Positions 1 to 9,833 of a stretch of 64,000 nt of DNA are shown here, one piece after another. Within the stretch, counting starts at the first letter, position 1. Each line of letters starts with the position of its first letter. The notes beneath the pieces were generated by a model that worked only from the letters and a program-made list of their open reading frames with translations, made no database searches and was not told the DNA's origin. Where the stretch lies: NCBI GenBank assembly GCA_048941285.1, contig JBHLNS010000004.1, forward strand, positions 32,001 to 96,000, given 5' to 3'. The position numbers were made by a program, and so were the translations under genes. The stretch is from Promethearchaeota archaeon. Lineage in GTDB: Archaea; Asgardarchaeota; Lokiarchaeia; Sigyniarchaeales; SOKP01.

Positions 1-2645
1 AAATCTTCATGAATTGCGTGAATCTCATCTAAATATTCATTATTTCTATAAATTTGAGCATAGGATCTTCCAGAAGTTAATGGAAACTTCTCATAATTAG
101 CCAAAATTGAAACATTGATCTTAAAGAGTAAACCATTCAAATCGGAATGGTAATTTATTTCACATTCTAAAGTATAGTTAGTTGAAAATGAGATATAAAG
201 CTCTGCCTTTACCTGCATTCCCTCATATGCTCTTAGATATCCTTCGATTAGCGGGTAACAATCTGAGTTTATTGGAATTGGGATGTTATACACATATGAA
301 TTATTAGAGAGTTTTGAAAAAACAAAGCTCCCAATCTGTTCACTTTCAAATTTGAATGTAATATAAGTACCAAAATCCCTCAATATAAGATTGTAGAGTG
401 ATACTTCCATATGATTTAAACCCCCTAATTGGCAAGTATCAGAATGTCGTGCGTCAATTCCGATATCACTAGTTCGTGCCATTTCACAAATCCAGAAAAA
501 GATCTCTTGATTCAGTATTTCTTTATCTGTAGTAAAATAGAATTCATTAGAATTATCTGAGAAAATATCCTGAACTAGCGCTTGAATCTTATGAAAATTA
601 AACTCAATATTTAAATTTAGAAGTTCTGAAAGCTTATAGCTGTAGTATATGTTTTTAATATTGGAATAGTTAAGATTTGTTTCAACATAATTTTTAATTT
701 TCTGGCTGTTTTTATTAAATAAGTTGAGCACTTTCAACACATAGGTCATAAAATAAGTGGTTTTTAAGATAGTTGCAACGTCATCAGCATATTTTGGACT
801 AAAGTAAAGCATTGTAGAGGTTTCAATCAGATTTCTATCGATATAATTATATATTGCAGTTATATCAAAACCAATTTCAGCAAAATTCAAGCCGAGATAA
901 TTCCCAAGAAGTTCTAAACATTTTATAGCATAATAAGTATAATCGCAATAGATTTTGTTATTAATAACCTCAGATCTATCCTTAGTATATTTTAAAATGG
1001 AAGTGAATCCGCCAAAAGTATCATAATATGTTGTATTTAAAAATTGAGTTTTTACTATATCATTCATTAAATCCATTAAATCAAAAGAATTAGCAAAATC
1101 ATCTAATTTGAAAAGCTTCTCTAAAGATTCTAAGGCATAGTATGTAGATTGATGAGAATTTATTTGATCAATCTTATTTATGTAAATCTTATGTCCCGAA
1201 GTATAAAACTCTATTGGATATGAACGAAACCACTCAATCATTGTATCTTGTCTTAGATATCCATTAAAATATCGCGATATATCATCAGGCGGGTAATCTC
1301 TATATGAATTTTTAATAGCTCCATACAATTTTTGGATATTCAGATCCGAAATTCTCGTATATAAATCAAAGGAACTAACAACAGTATGGATAAGATTCAT
1401 AGAATTATAGTCTTCAGATAAGAGTGAAAAGGCTATATAAGATTGGTAATATAAAGTAGCATTCCCAATGAGACTTCTATCACCTTTTGATAATTGGAAT
1501 ATTTCATTTGTATTATACAATGAACGAATAATTTGATATGTATCTATAAGTTCATGGATAGCAACTGTGGTTGACTGATCCCAGTTCCCTAAAGAGTTAC
1601 GATGGTTTAGAATAAAAGAAACAGTTTCAGTTGTATTTATCCCTATAAAACCGGTAATTACTGAAAGTTCTAAACCTATCGACGTTGCAACAATATTAGT
1701 GTAATTCAATCCATAATCTAAGGCAGATATCCGAAAATAATGAGAATCTGGATCATAGAGATAACTAAGAAATTGGTAAAAATCTACTTCATTAATACTA
1801 GACACCATTCCAAATACTTCTAATGTTTTTATACAATAATATGAAGAAATGAGATTGGGCTCATAATGAAATAAGAGAGAATCGAAACTTTCATCTTCAT
1901 CATTTTCAAATCCTCCTACAGTCCAACCCATTCCTTCTGTAAGTTGGAGAGCGTTAATAAAAGATATAATACTCGCTCTCTGCGAAGAATATCCAAACCA
2001 GTCGTCCATCAATAAATCTAATGTGATCACAGCAAAATAAGTATTATCTGCCGTTGCTATTTTATATCCGTCTTCTAAATCTGCATTATACTGGCGTCCA
2101 ATAAACCCACCGGTTGAGGGATTAAAACAACTCCAGATAAAATCTATAATTTCTGAGACATCGATTAAATATAACGCATCTAACAATTCTAAAGAAAGAA
2201 TCGCATAGCATGTTACCTCCAATACCGTGCTCAATGGGAAATATGACTTTGTAAAATCGGTATCCAAATATCGATATGCTAAAGTGTCCATAAAGTGAGT
2301 ACTATCATCTTCATAGTGATCCATGATATAATTTATTATCTTAGATTGGTTTATCTCATGTAATTTTCCCACCCTACTTAGCGTATACAAAGCATAATAA
2401 GTTGCTTGTAAAGAAGGTTCATAGATTTGGGGAAAATATCCAGCATCATAATAATCTGCCACTTTAGAATTAAATACATTATCTATGAGTCTCTTATTAC
2501 TCACCTCGGACATTTGAGTGATTTCATTAAAATCACTTAAAGAATAATTACTTGAACTATTGGTAAAAGGCTGAGTGTAAATAATATTACTAAAAAATAA
2601 AATTCCAATAACACTACAAATGAATATGACGGGTTTCAATTTCAT
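1..2645 (-). CDS. Large secreted/membrane protein with prenyltransferase/squalene-oxidase-like (alpha/alpha toroid) repeats; partial, runs off the left edge
   Basis: Absent from the ORF track because no stop lies in the window. ATG at 2645 gives MKLKPVIFICSVIGILFF (signal/TM); repeats such as ATYYALYTL, CFNPSTGGFIG, NTYFAVITL, VGGFEND, SSYYCIKTL. Frame checked open at both ends. Confidence 0.7.
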   Translation of the reverse strand, partial: MKLKPVIFICSVIGILFFSNIIYTQPFTNSSSNYSLSDFNEITQMSEVSNKRLIDNVFNSKVADYYDAGYFPQIYEPSLQATYYALYTLSRVGKLHEINQSKIINYIMDHYEDDSTHFMDTLAYRYLDTDFTKSYFPLSTVLEVTCYAILSLELLDALYLIDVSEIIDFIWSCFNPSTGGFIGRQYNADLEDGYKIATADNTYFAVITLDLLMDDWFGYSSQRASIISFINALQLTEGMGWTVGGFENDEDESFDSLLFHYEPNLISSYYCIKTLEVFGMVSSINEVDFYQFLSYLYDPDSHYFRISALDYGLNYTNIVATSIGLELSVITGFIGINTTETVSFILNHRNSLGNWDQSTTVAIHELIDTYQIIRSLYNTNEIFQLSKGDRSLIGNATLYYQSYIAFSLLSEDYNSMNLIHTVVSSFDLYTRISDLNIQKLYGAIKNSYRDYPPDDISRYFNGYLRQDTMIEWFRSYPIEFYTSGHKIYINKIDQINSHQSTYYALESLEKLFKLDDFANSFDLMDLMNDIVKTQFLNTTYYDTFGGFTSILKYTKDRSEVINNKIYCDYTYYAIKCLELLGNYLGLNFAEIGFDITAIYNYIDRNLIETSTMLYFSPKYADDVATILKTTYFMTYVLKVLNLFNKNSQKIKNYVETNLNYSNIKNIYYSYKLSELLNLNIEFNFHKIQALVQDIFSDNSNEFYFTTDKEILNQEIFFWICEMARTSDIGIDARHSDTCQLGGLNHMEVSLYNLILRDFGTYITFKFESEQIGSFVFSKLSNNSYVYNIPIPINSDCYPLIEGYLRAYEGMQVKAELYISFSTNYTLECEINYHSDLNGLLFKINVSILANYEKFPLTSGRSYAQIYRNNEYLDEIHAIHED

Positions 2646-2786
2646 TTTCTCTACCAAAAACTGTTTCTTGTATGTTTAACTACCATTCTTACTATTCATA
2701 TTTAAACAAAAAATCACCATTCATGATCCTATAAAATTAGAAAAGAAAAAGAAAAGTTAATTAAAACAATGATCTTGGATCATGAT

Positions 2787-4151
2787 TTATATCTTACAAA
2801 TTGGAGGAGGCCCTTTATAATTATAATATTTATATACTTCAAAATCAAATAGGCTATTACACTTGAACTTTGATTTTGATCTCTTATTCTTATTAATATT
2901 AAATTTCAATGGAAAATCATTCATTTTGAGAGTAATAATTAAAGGAGTTCTATTCTCCCCCCGTAAAGCAAAATAATAATAATCAGATTTATCGTAAGTA
3001 TTAAACACTTTAGTAGCATTACCCATGATTAATGTCTCATAATCTTCGGAAGATAAATCTTCTTGATCTTCTTGCTCAGATGCATCAATAAGTCCTAATT
3101 TCTGAATTACTTTCACAAGCAAATCAGACGATTTTATTAAACTGATAAATCCATCTATTTTATACCTCTCAAAAATCTTTTTTTTCACTTGTGATTGGAT
3201 AGTAGACATTCTAATTCCTAATCTATTGCAGATGGCACTTACACTTACATCATTATGTTTTAAACATAACAAAGAAATTGAACTTACTAGTCCAGCTAAT
3301 GCATTATCAGTGGTGTTTTTAATCCCACTCCATAATTTATACATAATTTTTTTAGCTAAATAATAAAATGACATTCCTATGTCAAAATGTTCTGCAATTT
3401 CATAAACTCTGTGAAGAATATACTCTTTTCTATTACGATCAGCATATTGTGGTAAAAATCGTTGAATCTGAAGATTAAAATCCTTGAATTCTTTTTTTGT
3501 AATCTTAGAAACTTCAATTAATTCAAATGGACTAATTGAAACATTTCTAAGTTTGAGACAGAAGTAAATAACTATAGATACTAATTTATCAGTATTTCTG
3601 TATTTTAATCCAGGACGAAGTTTAGTACGAATTTCTTTAAACTTTTCTAAAGCCATCTCTTTTATTGTATCATAGTCAGTTAAATCTAAACAATTTAAAA
3701 TTCTTGAAATTTCAAGACGAGCTTGTTCAATAATGGCCTTTTCATTACTGATTATTGAGTTATGTCTATTTAGTCTATTAAATTCCCCGAAATTAGGAGA
3801 AATTCCTCTTTCTCTCTTGGTTCCTATCTTTGTTATTCCAAGTCCCTTTGCATACTGAATAAGATCCTCATTATAGGGTCTATCATATTGTAATTTCTGG
3901 ATTTCTAATACAATACCACATTCCCGACATACATACCCCTCTGTAGTACTTACAGTTTCTGCTGAACCACAGATATCACATGTAAGATATGAATAATTTA
4001 GGGGTAGCGAACTATTTTGGATTGTTTTATAGGTTGCCAATGTTTTGATCACTATTTTTTTAAATTTATCTAAAGAATATAAGGAAGGAGTTTGCTTTTT
4101 AAACCTTTTCCTCAAAATCTGAACGATGAAAAGAAGGCTTCTTCTCGTCAA
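2787..4151 (-). CDS. Divergent transcription initiation factor IIB (TFB)-like protein
   Basis: Zn ribbon CDICG..YVCRECGIV followed by two cyclin-fold-like repeats (YFCLKLRNVSISPFEL; SISLLCL..VSVSAICNRLGIRMSTI) and a C-terminal extension. True start probably the TTG near 4040. Confidence 0.75.
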   Translation of the reverse strand: MTRRSLLFIVQILRKRFKKQTPSLYSLDKFKKIVIKTLATYKTIQNSSLPLNYSYLTCDICGSAETVSTTEGYVCRECGIVLEIQKLQYDRPYNEDLIQYAKGLGITKIGTKRERGISPNFGEFNRLNRHNSIISNEKAIIEQARLEISRILNCLDLTDYDTIKEMALEKFKEIRTKLRPGLKYRNTDKLVSIVIYFCLKLRNVSISPFELIEVSKITKKEFKDFNLQIQRFLPQYADRNRKEYILHRVYEIAEHFDIGMSFYYLAKKIMYKLWSGIKNTTDNALAGLVSSISLLCLKHNDVSVSAICNRLGIRMSTIQSQVKKKIFERYKIDGFISLIKSSDLLVKVIQKLGLIDASEQEDQEDLSSEDYETLIMGNATKVFNTYDKSDYYYFALRGENRTPLIITLKMNDFPLKFNINKNKRSKSKFKCNSLFDFEVYKYYNYKGPPPICKI

Positions 4152-4509
4152 TTTTAAATAGTGGTTTTTGTGTCATAACAAAAAAGTCATGATTTTTTTG
4201 ATTTTGTTTCGCATTGACATTTTTGTCAATATGCGTAAAGCTATTAATTTTTAATAAATTATGCCAAAATTTAGAAATAGAGATTTGGAAATAATGATTT
4301 ACTTAGATTCTTATATGAATTTAAGAGATGTCTATAGTAACAACTTACCATTTTTAATATCACATGGTTAAGAGTCTACGTTTCATAGCCTCTCGTTCTG
4401 AGTCTATTGTTTTTAATATTTCATGTGATACTTTCTATATTTTAGTCTAATTTAGTATATTTAAATCCAACATTTTTTCCTTTATATTTAAAGGATAGTA
4501 TACTATTTC

Positions 4510-5250
4510 ATGATCGAAGAACCGTTTGTATTTCTCGGTGTTCTAGTCATATCTCTAATTATGTCAAGTTTTATAAAAAGTGATTTATCTGGAATATTAA
4601 AACCAATTGCCCTACGTTTGTGTCTTATTGGAGTTATTTTTCATGAGCTTGCTCATTATTTAATGAGTCTAGTAGTAGGAAAAATGCCAGATAGTTTTAA
4701 TATCAAATGGGAAAGTAAAAAAGATCAGTTTAAAGGTCCTTATGGATGGATTACTCTTGAAAAGCCTCCAAGTTTCCTGCAGACATTTATTATTAGCTTT
4801 GCGCCGCTATATATTAGTACATGGTTAATTTTCCTATTATGGTTTGGGGTTATATTTAATCCATACTTCAATCCTATAGTCAAAACTATTGCAGTGTTTA
4901 TATGCCTTTCCCTATTCTTCACTGCTTCACCATCAAAAGCTGATTTACAATACATTTCTTATTCCTTTAAAAAGGATTCCACCTATTCTTGGTATCAAAT
5001 TTTCTTAATTTGTTTCTCAATAGTAATTTTATGGTTCTTTTTAGTATTCACTCAAATTACACTTTTCTTGGATTTTTTTTATTATTTAGCAATAGCCGTT
5101 ATTTATTTTATGTTAAAATTTTCATTTATCGGATTAAGAAATATAACACTTAAAATTCAATCAAGAAATTTCAAAAAACCCGAAGAAATTAAGTTTAAAA
5201 GATTTTCTCGTCAACATTATAAACCAAAAAAGCCATGGAAAGAAAAATGA
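4510..5250 (+). CDS. Membrane zinc metalloprotease (M50-like, HExxH)
   Basis: HELAH next to a TM segment, FAPL and SPSKAD motifs, several hydrophobic helices. Confidence 0.7.
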   Translation: MIEEPFVFLGVLVISLIMSSFIKSDLSGILKPIALRLCLIGVIFHELAHYLMSLVVGKMPDSFNIKWESKKDQFKGPYGWITLEKPPSFLQTFIISFAPLYISTWLIFLLWFGVIFNPYFNPIVKTIAVFICLSLFFTASPSKADLQYISYSFKKDSTYSWYQIFLICFSIVILWFFLVFTQITLFLDFFYYLAIAVIYFMLKFSFIGLRNITLKIQSRNFKKPEEIKFKRFSRQHYKPKKPWKEK

Positions 5251-5273
5251 TTTAAAAAAAGAGGAAAAAGTAA

Positions 5274-5618
5274 ATGAAAGGGTACTGTTATATTGCGTTA
5301 ATTATTGGATTTTTTATCTTCTATCAGCAAAATCCTATCTATGCCATCGTTATTATCGCATTATTTATTGGGGTATATTTATTTTTCAAATCAAGATCAT
5401 CAGGTTCAAATAGAAGCATATTAGGTTTTTTTAGTGGGAGAAATACGCAACAAGATAATAGAATGGATGATTTAATTACATTAATGATGATACAGCAATT
5501 AATGAATTCATCCTCTCAGAGTAGCGATAATCGAGGAGGAAATGATAAAAAGAAGGAACAAGACGAACAGATTGATAAAATAAAACAAGAAGTTCTCGAA
5601 TTACTTGAAGAAGATTGA
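5274..5618 (+). CDS. Small membrane protein with C-terminal coiled coil
   Basis: Two N-terminal TM segments, polar tail; overlaps the next gene, so operonic. Confidence 0.65.
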   Translation: MKGYCYIALIIGFFIFYQQNPIYAIVIIALFIGVYLFFKSRSSGSNRSILGFFSGRNTQQDNRMDDLITLMMIQQLMNSSSQSSDNRGGNDKKKEQDEQIDKIKQEVLELLEED

Positions 5619-6330
5619 AATGCAAGCAGATTTAGAGTTTTTTGAAGAAATCCGACAGTTATTACATTATCATAACATTGTTTCTATTTCAGGAGAATCT
5701 GGTACGGGAAAGACAACCCTTGCACTTCACTTAATAGGGAATCTATTAACACAGAAAAAACCATATATAGCCTCATGCATATGGATTCAAGCAAGTGAAA
5801 GATTTCCGATCAAACGGTTAACGCAAATTTTTGAAGATACATCTAAAAGATTGGAATATATAAAAAATAATACATATCTTCTACCACAAAAGGGACTAAT
5901 CCATACCTATGAAGAACAAATTTCAAGAATTCGAAAAATAATAGATTTAACATCCAATAACCCACCTTCTCTTAAATATATAGTCATTGATAATATTTCA
6001 CACCATTTACGTTACAAATTAACTCAATTTAATAATCCAAAAGATATTTTACCTATACTAGATGACTTTTACGAGACGCAACTTATGCCACTCATTTTAT
6101 TTTGTAAGCGAAATGAGATATCCTTGATATTAATTCATGAAGTTACTTATATCCCTACACTCCAAAAAATTAGACCCTTCTTTTATAAGTTATATGATAG
6201 AATTAAGACAATTGATATTGTTTTAAGTAAGTTTAATAATAACAAAAAGATGATTCTAGATTTATTTTTTAACGAATTAAAGTGGACTTTTCAATTTAGT
6301 TTAGAGCAAAAAGGTATAATAATGATATAA
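5605..6330 (+). CDS. RadB/Rad51-paralog-like RecA-family ATPase
   Basis: Walker A GESGTGKT, Walker B IVIDN; no N-terminal HhH domain. Confidence 0.75.
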   Translation: MKKIEMQADLEFFEEIRQLLHYHNIVSISGESGTGKTTLALHLIGNLLTQKKPYIASCIWIQASERFPIKRLTQIFEDTSKRLEYIKNNTYLLPQKGLIHTYEEQISRIRKIIDLTSNNPPSLKYIVIDNISHHLRYKLTQFNNPKDILPILDDFYETQLMPLILFCKRNEISLILIHEVTYIPTLQKIRPFFYKLYDRIKTIDIVLSKFNNNKKMILDLFFNELKWTFQFSLEQKGIIMI

Positions 6331-6440
6331 TTTCTAAAGATGATTACAAATTTCTACTAATCCAAATTTCAATAATTTTATTAAATAAATTTTATATAAT
6401 GACTTTTCTTCTTAATCGTTGATAATAAAATATAAATTTA

Positions 6441-6656
6441 ATGATTAATATGAGAAGGGAGGTAATAAAAGGACTTTTAATCGTGGGTATAATTATTTTC
6501 TTAATTATGGGGGTGGTCTTCATAATTGGGTTCTCTATAATAGCCTGAGGTCATATTCTAATTGAATCTCCTATTCCTGCAATTATAAGTTTCTTAGTTG
6601 CTGGAATTTTAATTGCAGTTTATGTAATTTTTTATAGGGAATCTAAAAGAAAATAG
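6441..6656 (+). CDS. Small two-TM protein with one in-frame TGA (6546-6548): candidate selenoprotein, or a nonsense-mutated gene
   Basis: Manual translation MINMRREVIKGLLIVGIIIFLIMGVVFIIGFSIIA-[TGA]-GHILIESPIPAIISFLVAGILIAVYVIFYRESKRK-TAG; SECIS-like hairpin downstream. Confidence 0.55.
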
Positions 6657-6680
6657 AATCTATTTAATATTCAGGTTTAA

Positions 6681-6747
6681 TCCGAGAAAAATGATTCCAA
6701 TAAAAAAATAGTAGTTATTGGATGATAATCCCTGCAAGGGAGTCGGG
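6681..6747 (+). promoter_or_regulatory. SECIS-like kink-turn hairpin in the 3' UTR
   Basis: AUGAU (6691-6695), perfect 8-bp stem UCCAAUAA/UUAUUGGA (6696-6703/6715-6722), A-rich loop AAAAAUAGUAG, 3' UGAU (6723-6726). Possible lower helix UCCGA/UCGGG. Confidence 0.55.
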
Positions 6748-6954
6748 AAAATAAATTAAAGGGTAAATATTTAATATAAATTACTAGTTAATAGAAATAG
6801 TTCATTTAAATTCCGAGAGATATCCTTGAATTTTCCTCTCATTTTTAATAATTCTACATCTAGATTTTGCTTGAAGTAAAATAAAAAAGTAACTAGATAA
6901 ATGTCTCTAACTAACCTAATTTTTCTTTAAATATGCACACTAATTTAATATTTC

Positions 6955-7353
6955 ATGGAAATAAATTCAATCAATACGGAACCTACGCCACATATTATAC
7001 ATGAACTTGTAAAGTGTGGGATTTGCAGAGATGAGATTAAACGAGGAGCCTCGATATATCAGGAAGGGCTTACTTTCGGAGTTGTCTGTGAACATTGCTA
7101 CAAAAATAATTCGCAAGAAGACCTAGAGCTGATGGCAAATATTTTTCTGGCCTATGGAGGTTATTTTGGAAAGTTAAAACAGAAAAAATTTTCTGTATAT
7201 AAGACAATAAAAAAGCTAATGGCGCAATTTCAGCCAGGTAAAGACTTGGATACCTTAATTGAGCTTAACATTAAAATGATGCATCAAGCACTTTTATATG
7301 GGGTTACTCCTCAAGAACTCATTCACGGATTAAAAATTCTTCTAAATGAGTAA
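6955..7353 (+). CDS. Zinc-finger hypothetical protein
   Basis: CGIC...CEHC motif, helical C-terminus. Confidence 0.7.
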   Translation: MEINSINTEPTPHIIHELVKCGICRDEIKRGASIYQEGLTFGVVCEHCYKNNSQEDLELMANIFLAYGGYFGKLKQKKFSVYKTIKKLMAQFQPGKDLDTLIELNIKMMHQALLYGVTPQELIHGLKILLNE

Positions 7354-7488
7354 TTTCTTTTTATTTTCCTCTTTTTCTTATTTTTGATTGAGAGATAGAC
7401 ATAAATACATAATCGAAGATCAATTAGATAAAAATTATTTATTAAAAATGTGAGATTTTTGAAAACCGAAATAATTTTTTTATCCAGA

Positions 7489-7668
7489 ATGACTGAACAA
7501 TTGCTCCACCATAGTGCTATGGAAACTAAAGAAGTTAAAATCAAAAAGAAAGATTTCTTTCAAGAAGCATTGCAATATATTGAACGACATATAAATGCAA
7601 CTGGATTTAAAGTTCTCAATGTTACATCAGCACAAGGAGGAATTGGATATTTTTTAATTAAAGAATAA
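7489..7668 (+). CDS. Small hypothetical protein upstream of radA
   Basis: ORF track 7450-7668; ATG at 7489 is the more plausible start; protein-like composition. Confidence 0.55.
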   Translation: MTEQLLHHSAMETKEVKIKKKDFFQEALQYIERHINATGFKVLNVTSAQGGIGYFLIKE

Positions 7669-7870
7669 TAAAAATTATATCAAATTATATTTTTTTTTCT
7701 AAATGTTATATTCATTTCGATAACGATAGACATAGAAATTTCAATATTTTGGGTTTTTTTTATCTTTGATTTAATTTTTTATTTACTCTTCTTCTCTTTT
7801 TTCTTTAAATAGATTAAATCGATTTGGTATTCAATATAATTACATTAAAAGGAGTTGATAAAAAAGAAGG

Positions 7871-9097
7871 ATGGCAGATTTAGATCAAGTAAAAGCAATC
7901 AATTCCCGTCAGATAAAACTACTCCAAGAAAACGGTATAAGTACTGCAGAAGCATTAGCAATGAGTCCTCACTCTATAGTTGCTTCAATTGATGGTCTTG
8001 GAGAAAAGACCGCAAAAAAGTTAATCTGGAATGCTAGGAATGCATTAGGGATGACCGATTTTACTCCTGCTGCCAAAATAGATGATAATGTTGAATACAT
8101 TACAACAGGGTCCGCTGAATTAAATCGAATTTTAGGTGGTGGGTTTCAAACTGGAAAATTGACTGAGGTATATGGGCCATTTAAATCCGGAAAAACAGCT
8201 TTAGCACATACAATAGCAGTTACAGTTCAATTACCTGAAAAGAAAGGTGGAATTAATAGTGCTGTTGCCTATATTGATACTGAAAATACATTCTCTAAAG
8301 AAAAAATCAAAAGAATAGCTAAACGATTTGAACTGAATCCAAAAGATGTACTTTCAAAGATTTATCACGCAAGGATCTACTCCTCAGATCATCAAGCTCA
8401 AATGATCCAAAAGGCTGAAACACTTTGTAAAACTCGTGGAGTCCGGTTAATTGTCATAGACAGCTTAATGGCTTTACTACGTGCTGAGTATGTAGGAATT
8501 GGTAGATTGGCTCCTCGTCAAGCAGTTTTAAATAATATGATTCATGGCTTATCACGTATAGCAGAGATATATAATTGCGCAGTTTTACTTACTAATCAAG
8601 TAGCTACAAGAATGATGGGTATGTTTTCAGCTGATGATGCTATAGGTGGTAATATCCTAGCTCATGGTTGTCATTTCAGAGTAATGTTTAAAACAAAAGG
8701 ATTCTCTTCTAATAGCTCACTCCAACGGAGGGCTATTATAGTTGACGCACCAGATCTACCACCAGACGAAGCTGAGTTCTATATCACAGGAGTAGGCGTT
8801 GCTGATACCGATAAAGTCGAACTTTCTGAATCTACAGGTTTAGATTTCGAAATTGAAACTCTATATGAAGAAAATGACTCTAAACAAGAAGTTAATGAAT
8901 CTGAAGAAGAGATTTCTCTATTAAATGTGAAAGGTATTGGTAAAGGGACTTTAGAAAATTTAAAGACCCGTGGGATTCTTTCTGTTTCAGATTTAATAGC
9001 AGCAGACCCAGAAGAGCTCTCAGCAAGCATATCGGGAGCTTCGGCAAAGATGGTGAGTGAGTGGCAAACCAATGCTAGAGCACTAATTAATATTTAA
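7871..9097 (+). CDS. radA: DNA repair and recombination protein RadA with additional C-terminal HhH domain
   Basis: N-terminal HhH, FTPA oligomerisation motif, TTGS..L..ILGGG, GPFKSGKT, YIDTENTF, LIVIDS, LTNQV; acidic linker then VKGIGKGT HhH. Confidence 0.88.
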   Translation: MADLDQVKAINSRQIKLLQENGISTAEALAMSPHSIVASIDGLGEKTAKKLIWNARNALGMTDFTPAAKIDDNVEYITTGSAELNRILGGGFQTGKLTEVYGPFKSGKTALAHTIAVTVQLPEKKGGINSAVAYIDTENTFSKEKIKRIAKRFELNPKDVLSKIYHARIYSSDHQAQMIQKAETLCKTRGVRLIVIDSLMALLRAEYVGIGRLAPRQAVLNNMIHGLSRIAEIYNCAVLLTNQVATRMMGMFSADDAIGGNILAHGCHFRVMFKTKGFSSNSSLQRRAIIVDAPDLPPDEAEFYITGVGVADTDKVELSESTGLDFEIETLYEENDSKQEVNESEEEISLLNVKGIGKGTLENLKTRGILSVSDLIAADPEELSASISGASAKMVSEWQTNARALINI

Positions 9098-9292
9098 ATA
9101 CTTGTTTTTTTATTCTTTTAACTTTTTTTTATGCAATTATTTAATTTTCAAACCATAAATCTTGACTTAGATATGCATATTATTTTTAATCCTATAACTT
9201 CAAATTTTAATATTAAATAATCAACACCCTTAAGATTTGAACTATTTTTCTTTTAAATAAGATAAAAGAAGAATTTAATGTGATAAAAAAGA

Positions 9293-9796
9293 ATGGGAAC
9301 TTTAACTAAAGATGAAGTTAATGCTTTACCAACTCGATTTGATAAAGTGGCTTATAGTACTTTTTTCAAACTGTGGTATGCCTTGCAGAAAGCGCTTCCT
9401 GCTGAGAAGAAGGATGAAATTTTGACAAAGATTGGGCGAACTATTGGAAAAGAATTCAATGAAGAAGGCATTGAGACGCTTGAAGATTTTTTAAGACGAT
9501 TAAGGGAATTTTTAGAACAGGAATGGGCAATTACCGACAATGCAAAAGTAGATATAAAAATGGATGAGGAAGGAAATGCAACAAAAATTCTTGCTTACCA
9601 AGACAGTTGTAAAATGTGTTTTGCCAATACATATTACAGGTACCATGATTACGGAAGCCCTTCTTGCATGTTCCCACAAGTTATGATGGGAATCTTATCA
9701 AAGGTTAAAAATAAGTTTGGGTTTAGAAATCTACGATTTGAGGGGGTTGAAAAAGGCGGAGTTGGTGAATGTGCGATGCAGTGGAATGTTAGATAA
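9293..9796 (+). CDS. V4R-like small-molecule-binding domain protein
   Basis: IGRTIGKEF helix, CxxC...C..GIL...C pattern typical of the V4R fold. Confidence 0.55.
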   Translation: MGTLTKDEVNALPTRFDKVAYSTFFKLWYALQKALPAEKKDEILTKIGRTIGKEFNEEGIETLEDFLRRLREFLEQEWAITDNAKVDIKMDEEGNATKILAYQDSCKMCFANTYYRYHDYGSPSCMFPQVMMGILSKVKNKFGFRNLRFEGVEKGGVGECAMQWNVR

Positions 9797-9833
9797 AAAT
9801 TAATTTTACTAATAGAAGATTGGTTAAATAAGG

